Positions 12,800 through 25,107 are shown, counted from the whole stretch's first letter. The stretch is 58,241 nucleotides of DNA, filler included, from Stramenopiles sp. TOSAG23-2 (GCA_900128395.1; 6 parts of 6 records of this genome joined end to end with filler, not necessarily neighbours in it), one strand, 5' to 3'. Numbers and translations are program-made. The notes: generated from the sequence alone by a model not told the origin.

Positions 12800-14635
12800 A
12801 TGTCCTGTTTGCAGATTCAAAATATTGCTCTTTTCCTGCTTGTAATTTTTCAATTACAATATATTTCAACTTTTGGAAAGGGAAACATCTTGCCAAGTGG
12901 AACTAACTTGGATTTGTTTGTATATATATCATCTAATGAAGCATTTGATGCATTTGATGATAAGAAATCTCTTCTATGGCATCAAGAAAATATAAGTTAC
13001 ATTAGTAGTAATAATCATTACAACGACGAATCTCATTTTCATGTTTCTGGGTCAGAACTAAATACTGATGCCACTGAAACTTTCTCCAATACACGACGAC
13101 TTTCGAAAAAAATCAATATTACCAAGTCAAAATACATATTTTTCAATACAAATAGTAGTATCTACGCGCATATATATATGTGTAAATCTTCCATGTTTCC
13201 TAATCCGAATGCTAAATCAACATATGATGAGCACACGATGTACAAAAGGCATGAATTGACATTCTTTAAATCAGAAAGTAATGCAGCAAAGCGAAAAAAT
13301 CTATTTGAGAATATTTTTTCATCCTCAAACCCTGATAAAATGAAAAAAAATAAAGTTGCAATGAAGCAACAAAAAAATAGAGAGGGGGGTGAGAACGTTT
13401 ACAACGATGGTATCATGATATATCGTTATTGGAAACCATCAATATCTATACATCTAATTGAAAATATACCGCCATTTTCTAGAAAAGATATGCCAGTCCA
13501 TCTGCGTAAATTAGGAATTTTCTTCCATAGAAATGGGAAATTTTATCCACCAATTTATATAAATGAATTTTGGTTAATGTTTAATACATTTATCTTATTA
13601 AATGATAGTAGTCTAAGTCACAGTAATAGTAATAAATTGTCGTTAAAGAAAGAAAACGATCTTTTTGAAGATGAAATAAAATTGAATTTTATTGGAAACA
13701 AGAAGGAAAATGTTATTCCTTTAACAATGAAATATGAAACCATGGATTATTACAAATGGTATTTTCAAGCTCACATGGAAAACTCATGGGAAATACAGCG
13801 CCAATTAGGGACCCAAAAAATGTATGATCAAGACGAAACAAAACGTATATTTCTTGAAACGAATCCCAAGCTATTGTTTATAACTTTAATTGTTAGCGTT
13901 TTGCATACAATATTTGATTTTTTAGCATTTAAAAATGACATAGTTTTTTGGAAAAACACAAAGTCAATGGTAGGATTATCGGTAAAGTCCATAATTTTAA
14001 ATTGCATATTCCAATTGATAATTTTGTTATATCTTCTCGACAATGAGACGGCAACCATTATTTTGTTTAGTAATTCAATTGCTTTGTCAATAGAATGCTG
14101 GAAACTTACTAAACTTTTCCATATCAAGCTTATTGCCCTCTTTCAAATCTATGCGGGTTTTACTTTTTATATTCCGGTTTTTAGATCATCCTACCATAAT
14201 AATGAAAATTATATCAAATCAAATACGAAACGATACGAATCAATTGCTATTCGGCATTTATCAACTTTCATATACCCCTTGCTTTTGGGATACGCGCTTT
14301 ATTCATTTATATATCTAGAGCATAAAAATGTATATTCGTGGTTAATAAATGCTATGGTTGGATTTATATATGCCTTCGGTTTCATATTAATGACTCTACA
14401 ACTATTTATAAATTACAAATTAAAATCGGTGGCGCATTTACCATGGCGTAAAATGTTTTATAAATTTTTAAATACGTTTATAGATGATTTATTTGCGTTC
14501 ATAATCAAAATGCCAACCTTGCATCGTATAGCATGTCTAAGAGACGATATAGTATTTTTCATATTTATTTATCAAAGTTGCATATATGATATTGACAATA
14601 CACGTTTGAATGAATACGAACAAAAAGAAAAATAA
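12800..14635 (+). CDS. CLPTM1-family membrane protein
   Basis: FLETNPKLLFITLIVSVLHTIFDFLAFKNDI.FWK, QLFINYKLKSVAHLPW, YKFLNTFIDDLFAFIIKMPTLHRIACLRDD. Confidence 0.95.
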   Translation: MSCLQIQNIALFLLVIFQLQYISTFGKGNILPSGTNLDLFVYISSNEAFDAFDDKKSLLWHQENISYISSNNHYNDESHFHVSGSELNTDATETFSNTRRLSKKINITKSKYIFFNTNSSIYAHIYMCKSSMFPNPNAKSTYDEHTMYKRHELTFFKSESNAAKRKNLFENIFSSSNPDKMKKNKVAMKQQKNREGGENVYNDGIMIYRYWKPSISIHLIENIPPFSRKDMPVHLRKLGIFFHRNGKFYPPIYINEFWLMFNTFILLNDSSLSHSNSNKLSLKKENDLFEDEIKLNFIGNKKENVIPLTMKYETMDYYKWYFQAHMENSWEIQRQLGTQKMYDQDETKRIFLETNPKLLFITLIVSVLHTIFDFLAFKNDIVFWKNTKSMVGLSVKSIILNCIFQLIILLYLLDNETATIILFSNSIALSIECWKLTKLFHIKLIALFQIYAGFTFYIPVFRSSYHNNENYIKSNTKRYESIAIRHLSTFIYPLLLGYALYSFIYLEHKNVYSWLINAMVGFIYAFGFILMTLQLFINYKLKSVAHLPWRKMFYKFLNTFIDDLFAFIIKMPTLHRIACLRDDIVFFIFIYQSCIYDIDNTRLNEYEQKEK

Positions 14636-14988
14636 GCGAGCGGAGTACATGTTAAATACAAAAACAAATACGAATTTAAATATAATATATATATATATAT
14701 ATACGCGTATTTTTTAATATATGCTGTACGGGAAGTAAAATTAAAATATTATAAAATAACTTAAAGATTTTAACCAATATTTATTATTTCAATTATGTCG
14801 TATGAAATATACTCGTATATGATATTTAAATATTATATTATATATACTCGTAATATATACGGCTTGTATACTGTATACATGTGCATATATGATACGAATA
14901 TAAATTAAACATAATATCTCATACGTATATAATATATAATATTTTTTTTATTTATTTTACATACCGACGTACGTACATTTATATATGA

Positions 14989-17900
14989 TCAATTTAGTGA
15001 GTCTATCCTTGCACTGTCTCGCTTAAATTTCCATTTCTTATCTCGACAAAGGCAATGAAACTCCCAGACGCAATTATAAACATCTTTCACAGCATCATCA
15101 TCAGAATGGTTTGTTGATATAGATGCGTTCAATTTCGCAGCAAATTGAAAGAAATCGTTTTGATCAGCTGTTGTGGATGGTATTATACGTTCTGTCGCAT
15201 CATTTTTTTGTCTACGTTCCTCTTCTTCTATCCCACATTCATTGATAATATTACATACAATATTTGGATTGATTCGCAGTAACGCATAAAATAATTCCGA
15301 AATACAAACATTATCATTCGACATATCATCTATAAACCTTGGATTGATACCGTCCGCTATGCTATATATTAAACTCCGTACAATTTCTTTACAATGCAAT
15401 TGAAGGATTTCAAAAAAACATTTTTTTATATTTTCTTGCGCTTGCTGGTTTATGCCATTTTTTCCCTCAGACGATTTGAGAAAGGAGTGAAAGAAACATG
15501 ACACAGTTGGCCATGCTTCTGGATGATCTAAACGTAACCCAACACAACCCAATTTGATGCAGATTGACACAACATCTTTATTATCGTCAATTAAAAAAAA
15601 ATCATTTGCTTTGTTACAGACCCTATTTGACAAATTGAAATAATCTTCAACCAAACATGGATTGCTGATGAAGCTTTCGATAGAAGTTAAGTGTTGACAC
15701 ATGCATTTAGTCAACTCCCTATACGTTTGAAATACTTTTAATCTTACTTGGAAGGTATTGTATTGCCTTGATGGTGTTCCAAATTCGCCAACGCAGATAC
15801 TGCATGTATATAAAAATGATGGTATGGGGCATTTGCTAAATACCTCAACCATTTGGTTCAATATTTTTTCTAATAGTGGCAAAAAATGGTTCTTTGCATT
15901 TCGTATGGAATGTTTGTAGACCCGGCATAATTTTTCCATCACCTTCTCGTTTTGATAAAACTTTACAATGACTTGTTCAAATATATTCCATACATTATTC
16001 ATCAATATTAACACTGGGTGTTGCATGTTGACCGATGTTGTATTGCTAGCGTATTGTTGCTGTTGTTGTTTGTTCAATTTAAAAGAAGATCCTTCATCAT
16101 TTATTTTTGCATATTTAAAGACAGCTACCATATGCTCCAAAGATCTTACTACCAACTCCACATTATTTTTTTCTATAGCACTGCATAAATCATTAACCAT
16201 TGGGGTCAATAAACGTTCTAATCCTTTTCCAGCTTGATCAAAAGATAACTTGCTTACTATGGCTGACATTCCTTCAATAACATAAACTTCGTCTTTTACT
16301 TCCAGACCATGTTGACCGATAGAATCATATACTGTCAAAACTGCAGGGGGCATCGAATTTGCGCAAATGCGACAAATGTCGCCAAGCACGTATGCAGCAG
16401 TGCCAGAAATGTCGCAATTATTGCCAGGCTGATTATCATCGGGTAGTGATAAGCTATTTACAATAAATGGAAATAATACGTTTAAGGATGATGGGCGCGC
16501 ATTAATCCAGAATGCAGCTATACCAATTATGTCTAATCCGATTTTGACAACACGTTTTCCAAATGCTGCTGTCCCTGGTATTATTGAATTTAATAACGTC
16601 GGCAAAACTGTTTCTTCGGAGATTATCTCCTTTTTTCTACCAGCTTTTAAAATGTAATAAATAAAACGTAAGCTAGAATGTACATGGATGGCTTTCATTG
16701 CAAGTGTATATGCATTTACATTTGTGGAAGATGGTGTCATCGTATTGGTTGTTGTTATTTCTTTTTGCAATATATTTGTCAAATTATGAAAACCCCTTTT
16801 TAAGCATGGTTGCCAGCCTAATAATGCAGCACACGATCTTGTGCATTCTCCAAATTCCCTAATATCATCTTCCTCCTCAATTTCGTTACCGCTGACACTT
16901 TTAATTATTGAATTTAAATGAATTAAACAAACATCAAATACTTGTAACACATAGTTCGAAAACTCATTACGCCGTTTCTCTGATATTTGTTCAATTTCCT
17001 CTGCCTTATCATCCACAGCTTTGAATCGTTTGGTTCGATCTACTAAATAGTATTTCAAGTCATCCCAAAAAGGCAATGTTATTTTCGCAATTTCAATATC
17101 TTCATGTTTTACACAATTACAAAGCACTGAAATCAAACGTTCTTGGCCGATATCCTCCGCTCCGCAAATAATATGCATGTACGATCCTCCCATACTTGTC
17201 AATATTCGGGCTGTGCTATCTACTTTGTCAAAGCTATTTGTTTGTATATTTTCACTTAACGACATAACAAGAGGGATCATTGCTTGTATAACAGGGGCAT
17301 CTGTTTCTATCTTGTTGTAACAACGTAAAATTTCTGTTATTGTGTCCGTCGCTAAATGTATAAAACATCCTTTTAACAATGGCGATTGCCCTAATACTTT
17401 AGGTGTAATTTCACCGTATCTGATCCATGATTTTAAGCATGCAAATATTTTTACCGGAGGTGGCATTTGATACTCAATACATGCATTTAGAAATTGCAAT
17501 ATATTATCTGCATACATCCGAGCTTTCGCAATAAATAAATCGCGAATCTCTTCTTTTACGGGCAAAGCGTCAGCAGTGGCTTCCTCCAGTAATACAGTAA
17601 ATAACTCTACACCAGCTAATAATAAATTTTTCTGGTATACTTTATTAATCGTATTGTCAAAAAAATTTAGTTGAAATATTTCCTTTAATGGGTGCTCATC
17701 AGGATGTAATGCCATTTTATGTACAGAAAGTGCCATATATGCTAAGCATAATCTATTTCGGACGTTATTTTTATTTGCTGTTTGTAAAATTAATTCCAAT
17801 AATGAGCGCCGTAAAGTATCAATATTCGCATCATTTAAATCTCCACCATCAAGTCTCGATTTTTTATGCAATGTATTTGCAGCGAAATATAAAAATTTTT

Positions 17901-18111
17901 CCGAAATATTGCCATTAACATTGCTACCATCATTTTTATTATTATTATTATCATTATTATTACTATATGCAACAAGCAATGCAAGCGAAATTTCCCATGC
18001 TTCCTTTGTCATTTGAAAATTATTTAACCATTTATCAACACTTTTACGTTCGGTTGGATCAGTAGTTGGATTGTAAAAAATTACAATGTTTGAAATCAAT
18101 CGAGACTGCAT
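14989..18111 (-). CDS. Importin-beta family karyopherin, transportin-3/Mtr10-like
   Basis: N-terminal WL..FQ...EAW, YFAANTL..K, RLCLA; EIAKITLPFW, EKLCRVYKHSIR, NPCLVEDYF; 1040 aa, helical. Confidence 0.85.
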   Translation of the reverse strand: MQSRLISNIVIFYNPTTDPTERKSVDKWLNNFQMTKEAWEISLALLVAYSNNNDNNNNKNDGSNVNGNISEKFLYFAANTLHKKSRLDGGDLNDANIDTLRRSLLELILQTANKNNVRNRLCLAYMALSVHKMALHPDEHPLKEIFQLNFFDNTINKVYQKNLLLAGVELFTVLLEEATADALPVKEEIRDLFIAKARMYADNILQFLNACIEYQMPPPVKIFACLKSWIRYGEITPKVLGQSPLLKGCFIHLATDTITEILRCYNKIETDAPVIQAMIPLVMSLSENIQTNSFDKVDSTARILTSMGGSYMHIICGAEDIGQERLISVLCNCVKHEDIEIAKITLPFWDDLKYYLVDRTKRFKAVDDKAEEIEQISEKRRNEFSNYVLQVFDVCLIHLNSIIKSVSGNEIEEEDDIREFGECTRSCAALLGWQPCLKRGFHNLTNILQKEITTTNTMTPSSTNVNAYTLAMKAIHVHSSLRFIYYILKAGRKKEIISEETVLPTLLNSIIPGTAAFGKRVVKIGLDIIGIAAFWINARPSSLNVLFPFIVNSLSLPDDNQPGNNCDISGTAAYVLGDICRICANSMPPAVLTVYDSIGQHGLEVKDEVYVIEGMSAIVSKLSFDQAGKGLERLLTPMVNDLCSAIEKNNVELVVRSLEHMVAVFKYAKINDEGSSFKLNKQQQQQYASNTTSVNMQHPVLILMNNVWNIFEQVIVKFYQNEKVMEKLCRVYKHSIRNAKNHFLPLLEKILNQMVEVFSKCPIPSFLYTCSICVGEFGTPSRQYNTFQVRLKVFQTYRELTKCMCQHLTSIESFISNPCLVEDYFNLSNRVCNKANDFFLIDDNKDVVSICIKLGCVGLRLDHPEAWPTVSCFFHSFLKSSEGKNGINQQAQENIKKCFFEILQLHCKEIVRSLIYSIADGINPRFIDDMSNDNVCISELFYALLRINPNIVCNIINECGIEEEERRQKNDATERIIPSTTADQNDFFQFAAKLNASISTNHSDDDAVKDVYNCVWEFHCLCRDKKWKFKRDSARIDSLN

Positions 18112-18602
18112 TGCTATTTAAAAAAATATTATTATGATACGTTGAATGATAGATACTAATATAAATGATAGTCTCTAGAAGAAGACGACTGCTAAACTAT
18201 ATACATTGTGCCATACATAACTGCCCAATTCTGTTGCTATTTTTAAATAATAATAATAATGAATTGTTTGTTATTATATACTACTAACATACTACTACTA
18301 ATACAGTATAATATATACTACTATGTATTTTAATAATTACAGTACGAATAATAATAAGCAAAAAAAATGCGTGCATGGCATGCAAAAAAAATCTTTTAAG
18401 GGAAATTGATTGATACAAATAAGTACAGTATAGACAGTATTGGTTAAAGTTAATATGATATTAATAATACATTAACATACAATAAACATGAATATATAGA
18501 AAGATAGATAGACATTCATCTCTACAATAAAAGGTACATATCGTATTTTATTCACCATTCTTTTAAACATACCACATCATGTGTTTTACAGCTACCATCA
18601 GA

Positions 18603-18950
18603 TTATTGCGCAGGTGCTGCTTGTCCCTCCGGTAGTTGTGCAGGTAACACTCCTGGTTGGGGACTTCCAGTATTCATTGGTTGTTCTTTTGACATCATAG
18701 TCAACATTTGTTCTTTTTGTACCTCTATTATGATAGGCATGGCAATAAGCAAGGCTGTGGTGGATATTCCCCATAAAATCGGTCCGCCATATTTCCAGAT
18801 TGGTGTGGCATATTTCTTTATACCATTATATGTTGCACTAATACCATCACTAACTTTGTCTACAATAGAAACTTCCTCCACTTCATCTTCTTCATAATCT
18901 GAAGTATCATATTCATCCTCACCGAACTCTACTTCTTCTACAGTTGGCAT
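18603..18950 (-). CDS. TOM22: Mitochondrial import receptor Tom22
   Basis: Acidic N-terminus, TM segment WGISTTALLIAMPIIIEVQKEQ with the conserved W and P, and a Q/P-rich tail. Confidence 0.85.
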   Translation of the reverse strand: MPTVEEVEFGEDEYDTSDYEEDEVEEVSIVDKVSDGISATYNGIKKYATPIWKYGGPILWGISTTALLIAMPIIIEVQKEQMLTMMSKEQPMNTGSPQPGVLPAQLPEGQAAPAQ

Positions 18951-19389
18951 TTTAATTTTATATTATTATTCAACAATTTTTCTCACTTTATGTATAGATA
19001 TTACTTTTTCTTTCTTTGGATATTTCACAATCCTTCTTACAAGTATTTTATTTGTTTTGTTTCTATTAATATTTTACAAAATTTTTCTGCCTCTATTGTT
19101 CAAAAGTCACTAATTAATTGTATACTTCTTTATTTTCAATTTAGGAATATATTAAAAATAATAGACACATATTAATATATACGTGTCTGGAGCCACATAT
19201 ACAGGTACTTGCGGCGGCGGGGGAGATTAATATCCAGCCCAGCCAGCTAGCTACTAATATACCGTATATATATTGTATACTTGGTACTGTACTGTATGAT
19301 GATGATGCTGGCCACTAGCTGGCTGGGACTGCCCAGCTGGGGTCGTCTGCGAAAATACTGTATAGTATACTGTACTACTCTTATACCAT

Positions 19390-19489
19390 NNNNNNNNNNN
19401 NNNNNNNNNNNNNNNNNNNNNNNNNNNNNNNNNTTAATTAATTAANNNNNNNNNNNNNNNNNNNNNNNNNNNNNNNNNNNNNNNNNNNN
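19390..19489. other. Artificial contig linker
   Basis: Same 100-nt N/TTAATTAATTAA/N spacer. Confidence 0.99.
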
Positions 19490-20004
19490 ACCATCGATTC
19501 TAATGGATTGGAAATGTTATTGTTGATATTGCTAACTGACGCTTCTTTAGCGCTTATTTTGCAACTTAATAACACATCGCCATGTGCACCTTTTCCTTTT
19601 AACTTTAGCCATTTCTTTTTAATATCACTAGCAGCTGCATATATATTTGGTGATCTTAAGTCAATTACTATATATCCTAGGGACATTGTGTCGCTAACTG
19701 CACCTGTACCAGCTGCACCGGATGAGTAGACGTATAATTTAATCGTAGGGTTCGTGCTTTTATATTTGTTTAACGTCTCCTTTGTAATATGCCAAGCCAA
19801 TCTACCACCATCCTGCCATACTGGCTGTGGCCCTAATGTAGCTATTTTGCCACTTCCACTTTTCGTTCTTATTTGAGATGGTATCGTCTCTCTTACTTGA
19901 CTATCCACGGTGGCTTGTATACGTACAGTATGCCCAACAGGTAAACGTGGGAAATGTCTCCCTGAATAAACTGTGACAGCGAGTTCTAATATTGTCGTAG
20001 CCAT
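19490..20004 (-). CDS. CEP120: CEP120-like centriolar protein, first C2 domain (3' truncated by contig end)
   Basis: V.VYSGRHFPR, LAWHI.KE.L, IKLYVY and LGYIVIDLR match the CEP120 C2A pattern. Confidence 0.8.
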
Positions 20005-20108
20005 TTGTTGATAAAAATATTAAATACTTTTTTTGTTTTATAATTTGTAAAAAACTAATTAAAATTATTAAAAATTGAACAACCACGAAAAAAATATATT
20101 TATATATA

Positions 20109-20142
<34 letters not shown>

Positions 20143-20767
20143 AGCGTAAATTAGTAGAATATAACTGGAAATATCTATGTAGAGAAAATAAGTTCAATAA
20201 GCTAAATGATTCAAAATTGCCCAGCACGTTCTACTTTTCTTCTTCCGTAAAGGAGAAGCAATATAGAACACACTTCTTACATCAATAGGATATATATATT
20301 TAAAAAGCTATTATTTGAAAATAATATATATTGGTTTTTGAATTAGCACCTATACAGCATTATTATAACTAACTTAAACTCCAACAAAAAAAGCAATAAT
20401 TCTGCTCTGCGTATTCTCTTCAAAAGTATTGTAAGATGTGCAGATGATCTAACTCCTATAAAATAATAGGGGCCGTATGATATAGCAATAATAGTGATGG
20501 TGCACCACACAGCAGGTGAGAGAATAAGAATGCTGTGTCCTTCTAGCTCTGTAACCCTAATTGCATCAAGTGCTCCTCTCAACTTCTATTTTATCCATCC
20601 ATCTTCTTCACACACACTGCATTTTGTTGGAGAATCGCACCATAGATCGACATTTTTTATAATTATAGATGTAAATAGAAGATATATGAATAATCTAGGA
20701 AATCTAGAGCTTATTCGTATTATACTAATCATACATCTATACATATACATATCTATACAACGACAAT

Positions 20768-23700
20768 ATGAATGAATTTCAATCGGATGTATCCGAATCG
20801 GAAGATGGTGATCAAATGAATCATTCATCATCAACCAGTGGTGACATCAATAAATGGGAAAAACTGGAAAAAACATCATGGTTTCAGATATCGTTAATTG
20901 TATTAGGTATAGCGATTTATATACCTGGGAAAGTAATAGACCAAAAACAAAATGATTTCCGTTATGAAATAGGAAGGGTTGCGCTTTGCACATTAATTGG
21001 TATATTTTTAATTATGTATGGTTTGATGGAAATATGGATTGTGAAAGGTCTTGGAAATAAATTTAAAGCTTTTCGGCATGTGCAAAAAAGAAGCAAAGTA
21101 GACAGTTTAGTCTCGATATTATTTATTTTATTAATATTGTTTCTATTTATCGATAGTGCATATGAAATCAATCGTTGTTTTTGGGTGTTAGGCGCTAGCT
21201 TTCGTTTTTATCCATCGTCAGCTGGGCCAATAAAATCAAGTTTTTCCAACAGTGGTACGTTGCCAAATGGTTTAAAGTATGTCCTATCAAATTATGCAGT
21301 AAAACCACGTGGTCACTTCAGCGTTGCATTAAAAGTGGATGTTGGTAGTTCCACAGAAAATGAACGAGAACGTGGAATTGCACATTTTGCGGAGCATATG
21401 GCATTCGATGCATCCCGAAAACAATTAAGACGTTATGGTGTATGGCTTAGTTTGGATAACCATGGTGTCAAAGCAAATGCATTTACAACTCATCGCACCA
21501 CTGTTTATGAAGTAAATGATGGTAAATCACCAGGTAATTACAATGATGGTGATGGTACAATTACAAATGAGCAAGCGAAAGCTATTCATCAAACTATGTT
21601 GGAACAATTTTTAGAAGGTTCATTAGTATCACGGCATATTAATATTGAAAAAGGTGCTGTTATTGGTGAAAATCGTATGAGGAATGATACTATGGCATGG
21701 ATTGATCATACGGCAGGATGTCATTTTTTTGGTGGTAAATCATTAGTATGTGATCGTTCCCCGCAAGGGACGGATCAAACAGTTGCTGAATTTACGGTAA
21801 ATGATGTGAAAAAATTTCGTGAAAAATGGTATAAAACCACTCGGTCAACGTTGTATGTAGGAGGTGATTTTGAGATGGATCAGATGGAAAAAGTTGTAAC
21901 AGAAGTGTGGGGATCTGATAAATTGAAAGAAGTGACTGTGGGGTCTACCTATCCAGCGACAAATAAAGGTGCTGCACCGGGTGTATATGGTACAGGTGAA
22001 AAAAGAGCAAATACAAAAGATGGAAAGCCTATTAATGAAATTTTAATCAATGGTCAATACAAAGGTATTGATGGCATACAATTTTACTTAATCCTAAGCG
22101 ATCCTTCACGTGGGGATTATCATACGATTCAAAATAAACAAGATATGATTGAAAATATCCATAATTCTTTATTTCGTTATGTATTTAATCATATGGGATT
22201 AGAATCTATTCAAACTGTTTTAAAAGAATCCGATTTAAAAGATGTTGATTTGGATTCTAGTATGGATAATAATTATCAATATGCTGCACGAGTGCATGAA
22301 ATGAAATTAAAGATTGGCATGGGTTATGGTGGTGAGCCAGCAGCACAAAATATTAATATATTACAAAGTCGAGATGCATCATGGCGTAACGTTTTATTTA
22401 CAACTTTGGTAGAATTAAGACGTTTGGCAATGTACGGTCCACATCCAGCTTTATTAGCAGAAGCCTTTGATGCATATTTTGAGAAAATTACAGATGAAGC
22501 TGCAGATGCTGGTAGTAAAAGTGGTGAAGAAATCGTCCAGCAACTATATGGAGATTTATCACCTAATTTTACCTATTACCATCCATATGAAACTTTGAAA
22601 ATAGAAAAAAATATGTTAAACAATGGCATGGCCCATCATGCATTTAATTATATCAAAGGGGAAGCATCAATGATGTGGAAAAGTTGGATCAATTTATTTC
22701 AATTAAATGTTACTAATGTGGAAGAGAAGCTATGGTTGCAAAAAATTCGATCCAGCCCACGTGCATTGCTGCAAGTATCCCATAATGGCGACCTTGCAAG
22801 TAGTGGGACTGCATATGGGGAGATGTTTAGAATCAGTGAGAAAACATTGTATTTGATCAGTGATCAAGTTGCTAAAGCATCGTTAAATCCACCTGATGCA
22901 CCAAAAGGCCATGTGAAAAGCGATGACTTTTTAAAGAAAAAAGATGGTGACGATTTTATTGAAAGATTGCGTAAACGAAAATATGTAAAAACAAACAAAA
23001 AATTTGAATACATGGTTGAAAATAAAAATAATAACTATGTGCATCAAAAAAGTCGAAGTAAGGACAGGTATTATAATACACGTAATGAAAATACATATAA
23101 TTTCAATCCAAGTTTTTCTTATAATAGTGATGGAAACGATAAGCCTGATATGAGCGATGCATTGCCTTCGGGAAGGAAAGGGCATTTACTTGATTATAAA
23201 CGTATGGAGCACCAATTTGATGTTGCTATGAATGCATTAAAAAAAACAAAGCCGGAAGCTGCTAAGATTGTTGAAGAAAGAGGTGCATTCACAAAAGCAT
23301 TTGAGGTGAAAAGTGGTGTGAAAATATTTACTTTATTAAATGGTATAGGTGTGAACATGAAGGAACTTGGTACTGGTAAAATGCAAACTCCATTTGGTGA
23401 AAATGGTACAGCAATTATTGAAATTGTTTCATTAGGAGGTAAATCAGTCGAATCAACTGATTTAAAAGGTGCATGTGATATGTTTGCCATGGATGTGGAA
23501 GATTACATGGTCGCACAATATTCCAGAACTGGAAATGTGAAAGTTGATCAAGAGATGTTTCCAACTGCATTACAAAATAAAGCAGCGAAATTTCGCTCAA
23601 AAGATAAAGCATCCGTAAGCCAACGGATTGGTACGCCTGGTCCACCAAAAGGGCCGATGGTCAATTGTGATACTGAATTTCTTAAAATTCGTGCAATTAT

Positions 23701-24916
23701 ATCAACATCCTGTCCAAACGACGGTTTAGATAAAGAGCCAGTACCATGTTCCACTGAAACAATCATGGATCAAGATGATGTTATTGGAGTGTTAGGCGAC
23801 GCTAGGTTAAAAATGATGCCAATTTTTACTGCTAGGTCTGTCCGCGAAGCATATGGTAATATGATGGAGGAACGAATGCGGGAGAAACGTTCGAAAAAGC
23901 CTCGTGATATTATTAAATCAAAATCAATATATTCAGTATTGGAGACAGCATTTCCAAAGGATAAGCGCATACGTCGTGCAGAACCGGATGATATTAAATT
24001 ATTGAATCCGGAGAAAGTATCGAAGTGGGTGAATGAACAATTTTTACCAGATCGAATTGAAATTAATGTTGTTGGTGATTTTTCTGAAAAAGCCGTATTA
24101 ATGGCATTGCAAGTAATGTTTGGTACACTACCAGTTGTACCTCCTAAGGAGAAAGAAAAGATGAAGATGGTTGGATATGATATTTACAGTAAAGATGATG
24201 TAAAACATTTTCAACGTAAATGGCCATCAAATCCATCAACCAACAAAGTCGGTTGTCATTTAATTACTGATAATGTCGGAAGAGCATTTCCAACGTTAAT
24301 GGTACCTGCACAAGACAAAATTACTTTCCGTGGTGGTGAAATGCGTACTATTGTCAGTGCTATGATGGAAAAAGTCTTGTGGAAAAAATTAAGAATGGAT
24401 GAAGGTTTGACCTATTTCGTTGGGAAAGATTCATTTCACAGTGTCTTATTTCCTGGGTTTGGTTTTCGATTTAGTGATTGGGGTAGTGGACCATATAAAC
24501 CGCGTAATCGTGCTACTGATCCATTAAATGTTGACTTTAGTATCGGACAGGCTAAAGAAGCGATGGGAAAAGATCGTATTATTGGAAAAGATTTATATGG
24601 CATTGTCATGAAAGCATTGGAAGGTTTATATCGTACAAAATTACAAAGTACAGAAGCCTGGCTGAATGTGTTAAGAGGTATGAGCTTAAAATTACCAAAA
24701 GCATTTGAAGAGAATGGTTTAAATGAACCAACATTAAAAGATATAGATGAAGCAGCTGTCCTTGAAGGTTTTAAATCTTTAAAATATGAAAAATATATTA
24801 AATGGATGAATGATCATGTACCTGATACAAGTGCTGATGGCATTTCATTTGTTATTGAAACTGTTGGTGCTAAAGGTGGGTCAAAATATGAAGAAACAAA
24901 AACCACAGAGTGTTAG
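20768..24916 (+). CDS. M16 zinc metallopeptidase (SPP/PqqL-like) with three N-terminal TM segments
   Basis: LPNGLKY, VGSSTENERERGIAHFAEHMAF (HXXEH), ANAFT, EKGAVIGE, FREKWY...TLYVGGDF, LLNGIGVNMK, IEINVVGDF. Confidence 0.88.
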   Translation: MNEFQSDVSESEDGDQMNHSSSTSGDINKWEKLEKTSWFQISLIVLGIAIYIPGKVIDQKQNDFRYEIGRVALCTLIGIFLIMYGLMEIWIVKGLGNKFKAFRHVQKRSKVDSLVSILFILLILFLFIDSAYEINRCFWVLGASFRFYPSSAGPIKSSFSNSGTLPNGLKYVLSNYAVKPRGHFSVALKVDVGSSTENERERGIAHFAEHMAFDASRKQLRRYGVWLSLDNHGVKANAFTTHRTTVYEVNDGKSPGNYNDGDGTITNEQAKAIHQTMLEQFLEGSLVSRHINIEKGAVIGENRMRNDTMAWIDHTAGCHFFGGKSLVCDRSPQGTDQTVAEFTVNDVKKFREKWYKTTRSTLYVGGDFEMDQMEKVVTEVWGSDKLKEVTVGSTYPATNKGAAPGVYGTGEKRANTKDGKPINEILINGQYKGIDGIQFYLILSDPSRGDYHTIQNKQDMIENIHNSLFRYVFNHMGLESIQTVLKESDLKDVDLDSSMDNNYQYAARVHEMKLKIGMGYGGEPAAQNINILQSRDASWRNVLFTTLVELRRLAMYGPHPALLAEAFDAYFEKITDEAADAGSKSGEEIVQQLYGDLSPNFTYYHPYETLKIEKNMLNNGMAHHAFNYIKGEASMMWKSWINLFQLNVTNVEEKLWLQKIRSSPRALLQVSHNGDLASSGTAYGEMFRISEKTLYLISDQVAKASLNPPDAPKGHVKSDDFLKKKDGDDFIERLRKRKYVKTNKKFEYMVENKNNNYVHQKSRSKDRYYNTRNENTYNFNPSFSYNSDGNDKPDMSDALPSGRKGHLLDYKRMEHQFDVAMNALKKTKPEAAKIVEERGAFTKAFEVKSGVKIFTLLNGIGVNMKELGTGKMQTPFGENGTAIIEIVSLGGKSVESTDLKGACDMFAMDVEDYMVAQYSRTGNVKVDQEMFPTALQNKAAKFRSKDKASVSQRIGTPGPPKGPMVNCDTEFLKIRAIISTSCPNDGLDKEPVPCSTETIMDQDDVIGVLGDARLKMMPIFTARSVREAYGNMMEERMREKRSKKPRDIIKSKSIYSVLETAFPKDKRIRRAEPDDIKLLNPEKVSKWVNEQFLPDRIEINVVGDFSEKAVLMALQVMFGTLPVVPPKEKEKMKMVGYDIYSKDDVKHFQRKWPSNPSTNKVGCHLITDNVGRAFPTLMVPAQDKITFRGGEMRTIVSAMMEKVLWKKLRMDEGLTYFVGKDSFHSVLFPGFGFRFSDWGSGPYKPRNRATDPLNVDFSIGQAKEAMGKDRIIGKDLYGIVMKALEGLYRTKLQSTEAWLNVLRGMSLKLPKAFEENGLNEPTLKDIDEAAVLEGFKSLKYEKYIKWMNDHVPDTSADGISFVIETVGAKGGSKYEETKTTEC

Positions 24917-25107
24917 AAACAGAAAATGATGTCGTGCGGGAATGTTATTGTATATTATAATATATCAGAGACGTACTACCCCCAGTAAAAATGTAACAAA
25001 AAAATATTTTTTTTTAATTTGTATATATATGTAAAACGATATAATACTAAAAAATGTTAGACTAAATTTTAAAAAATTGAAATCTTAAAATATATTTTAC
25101 AAAATTG

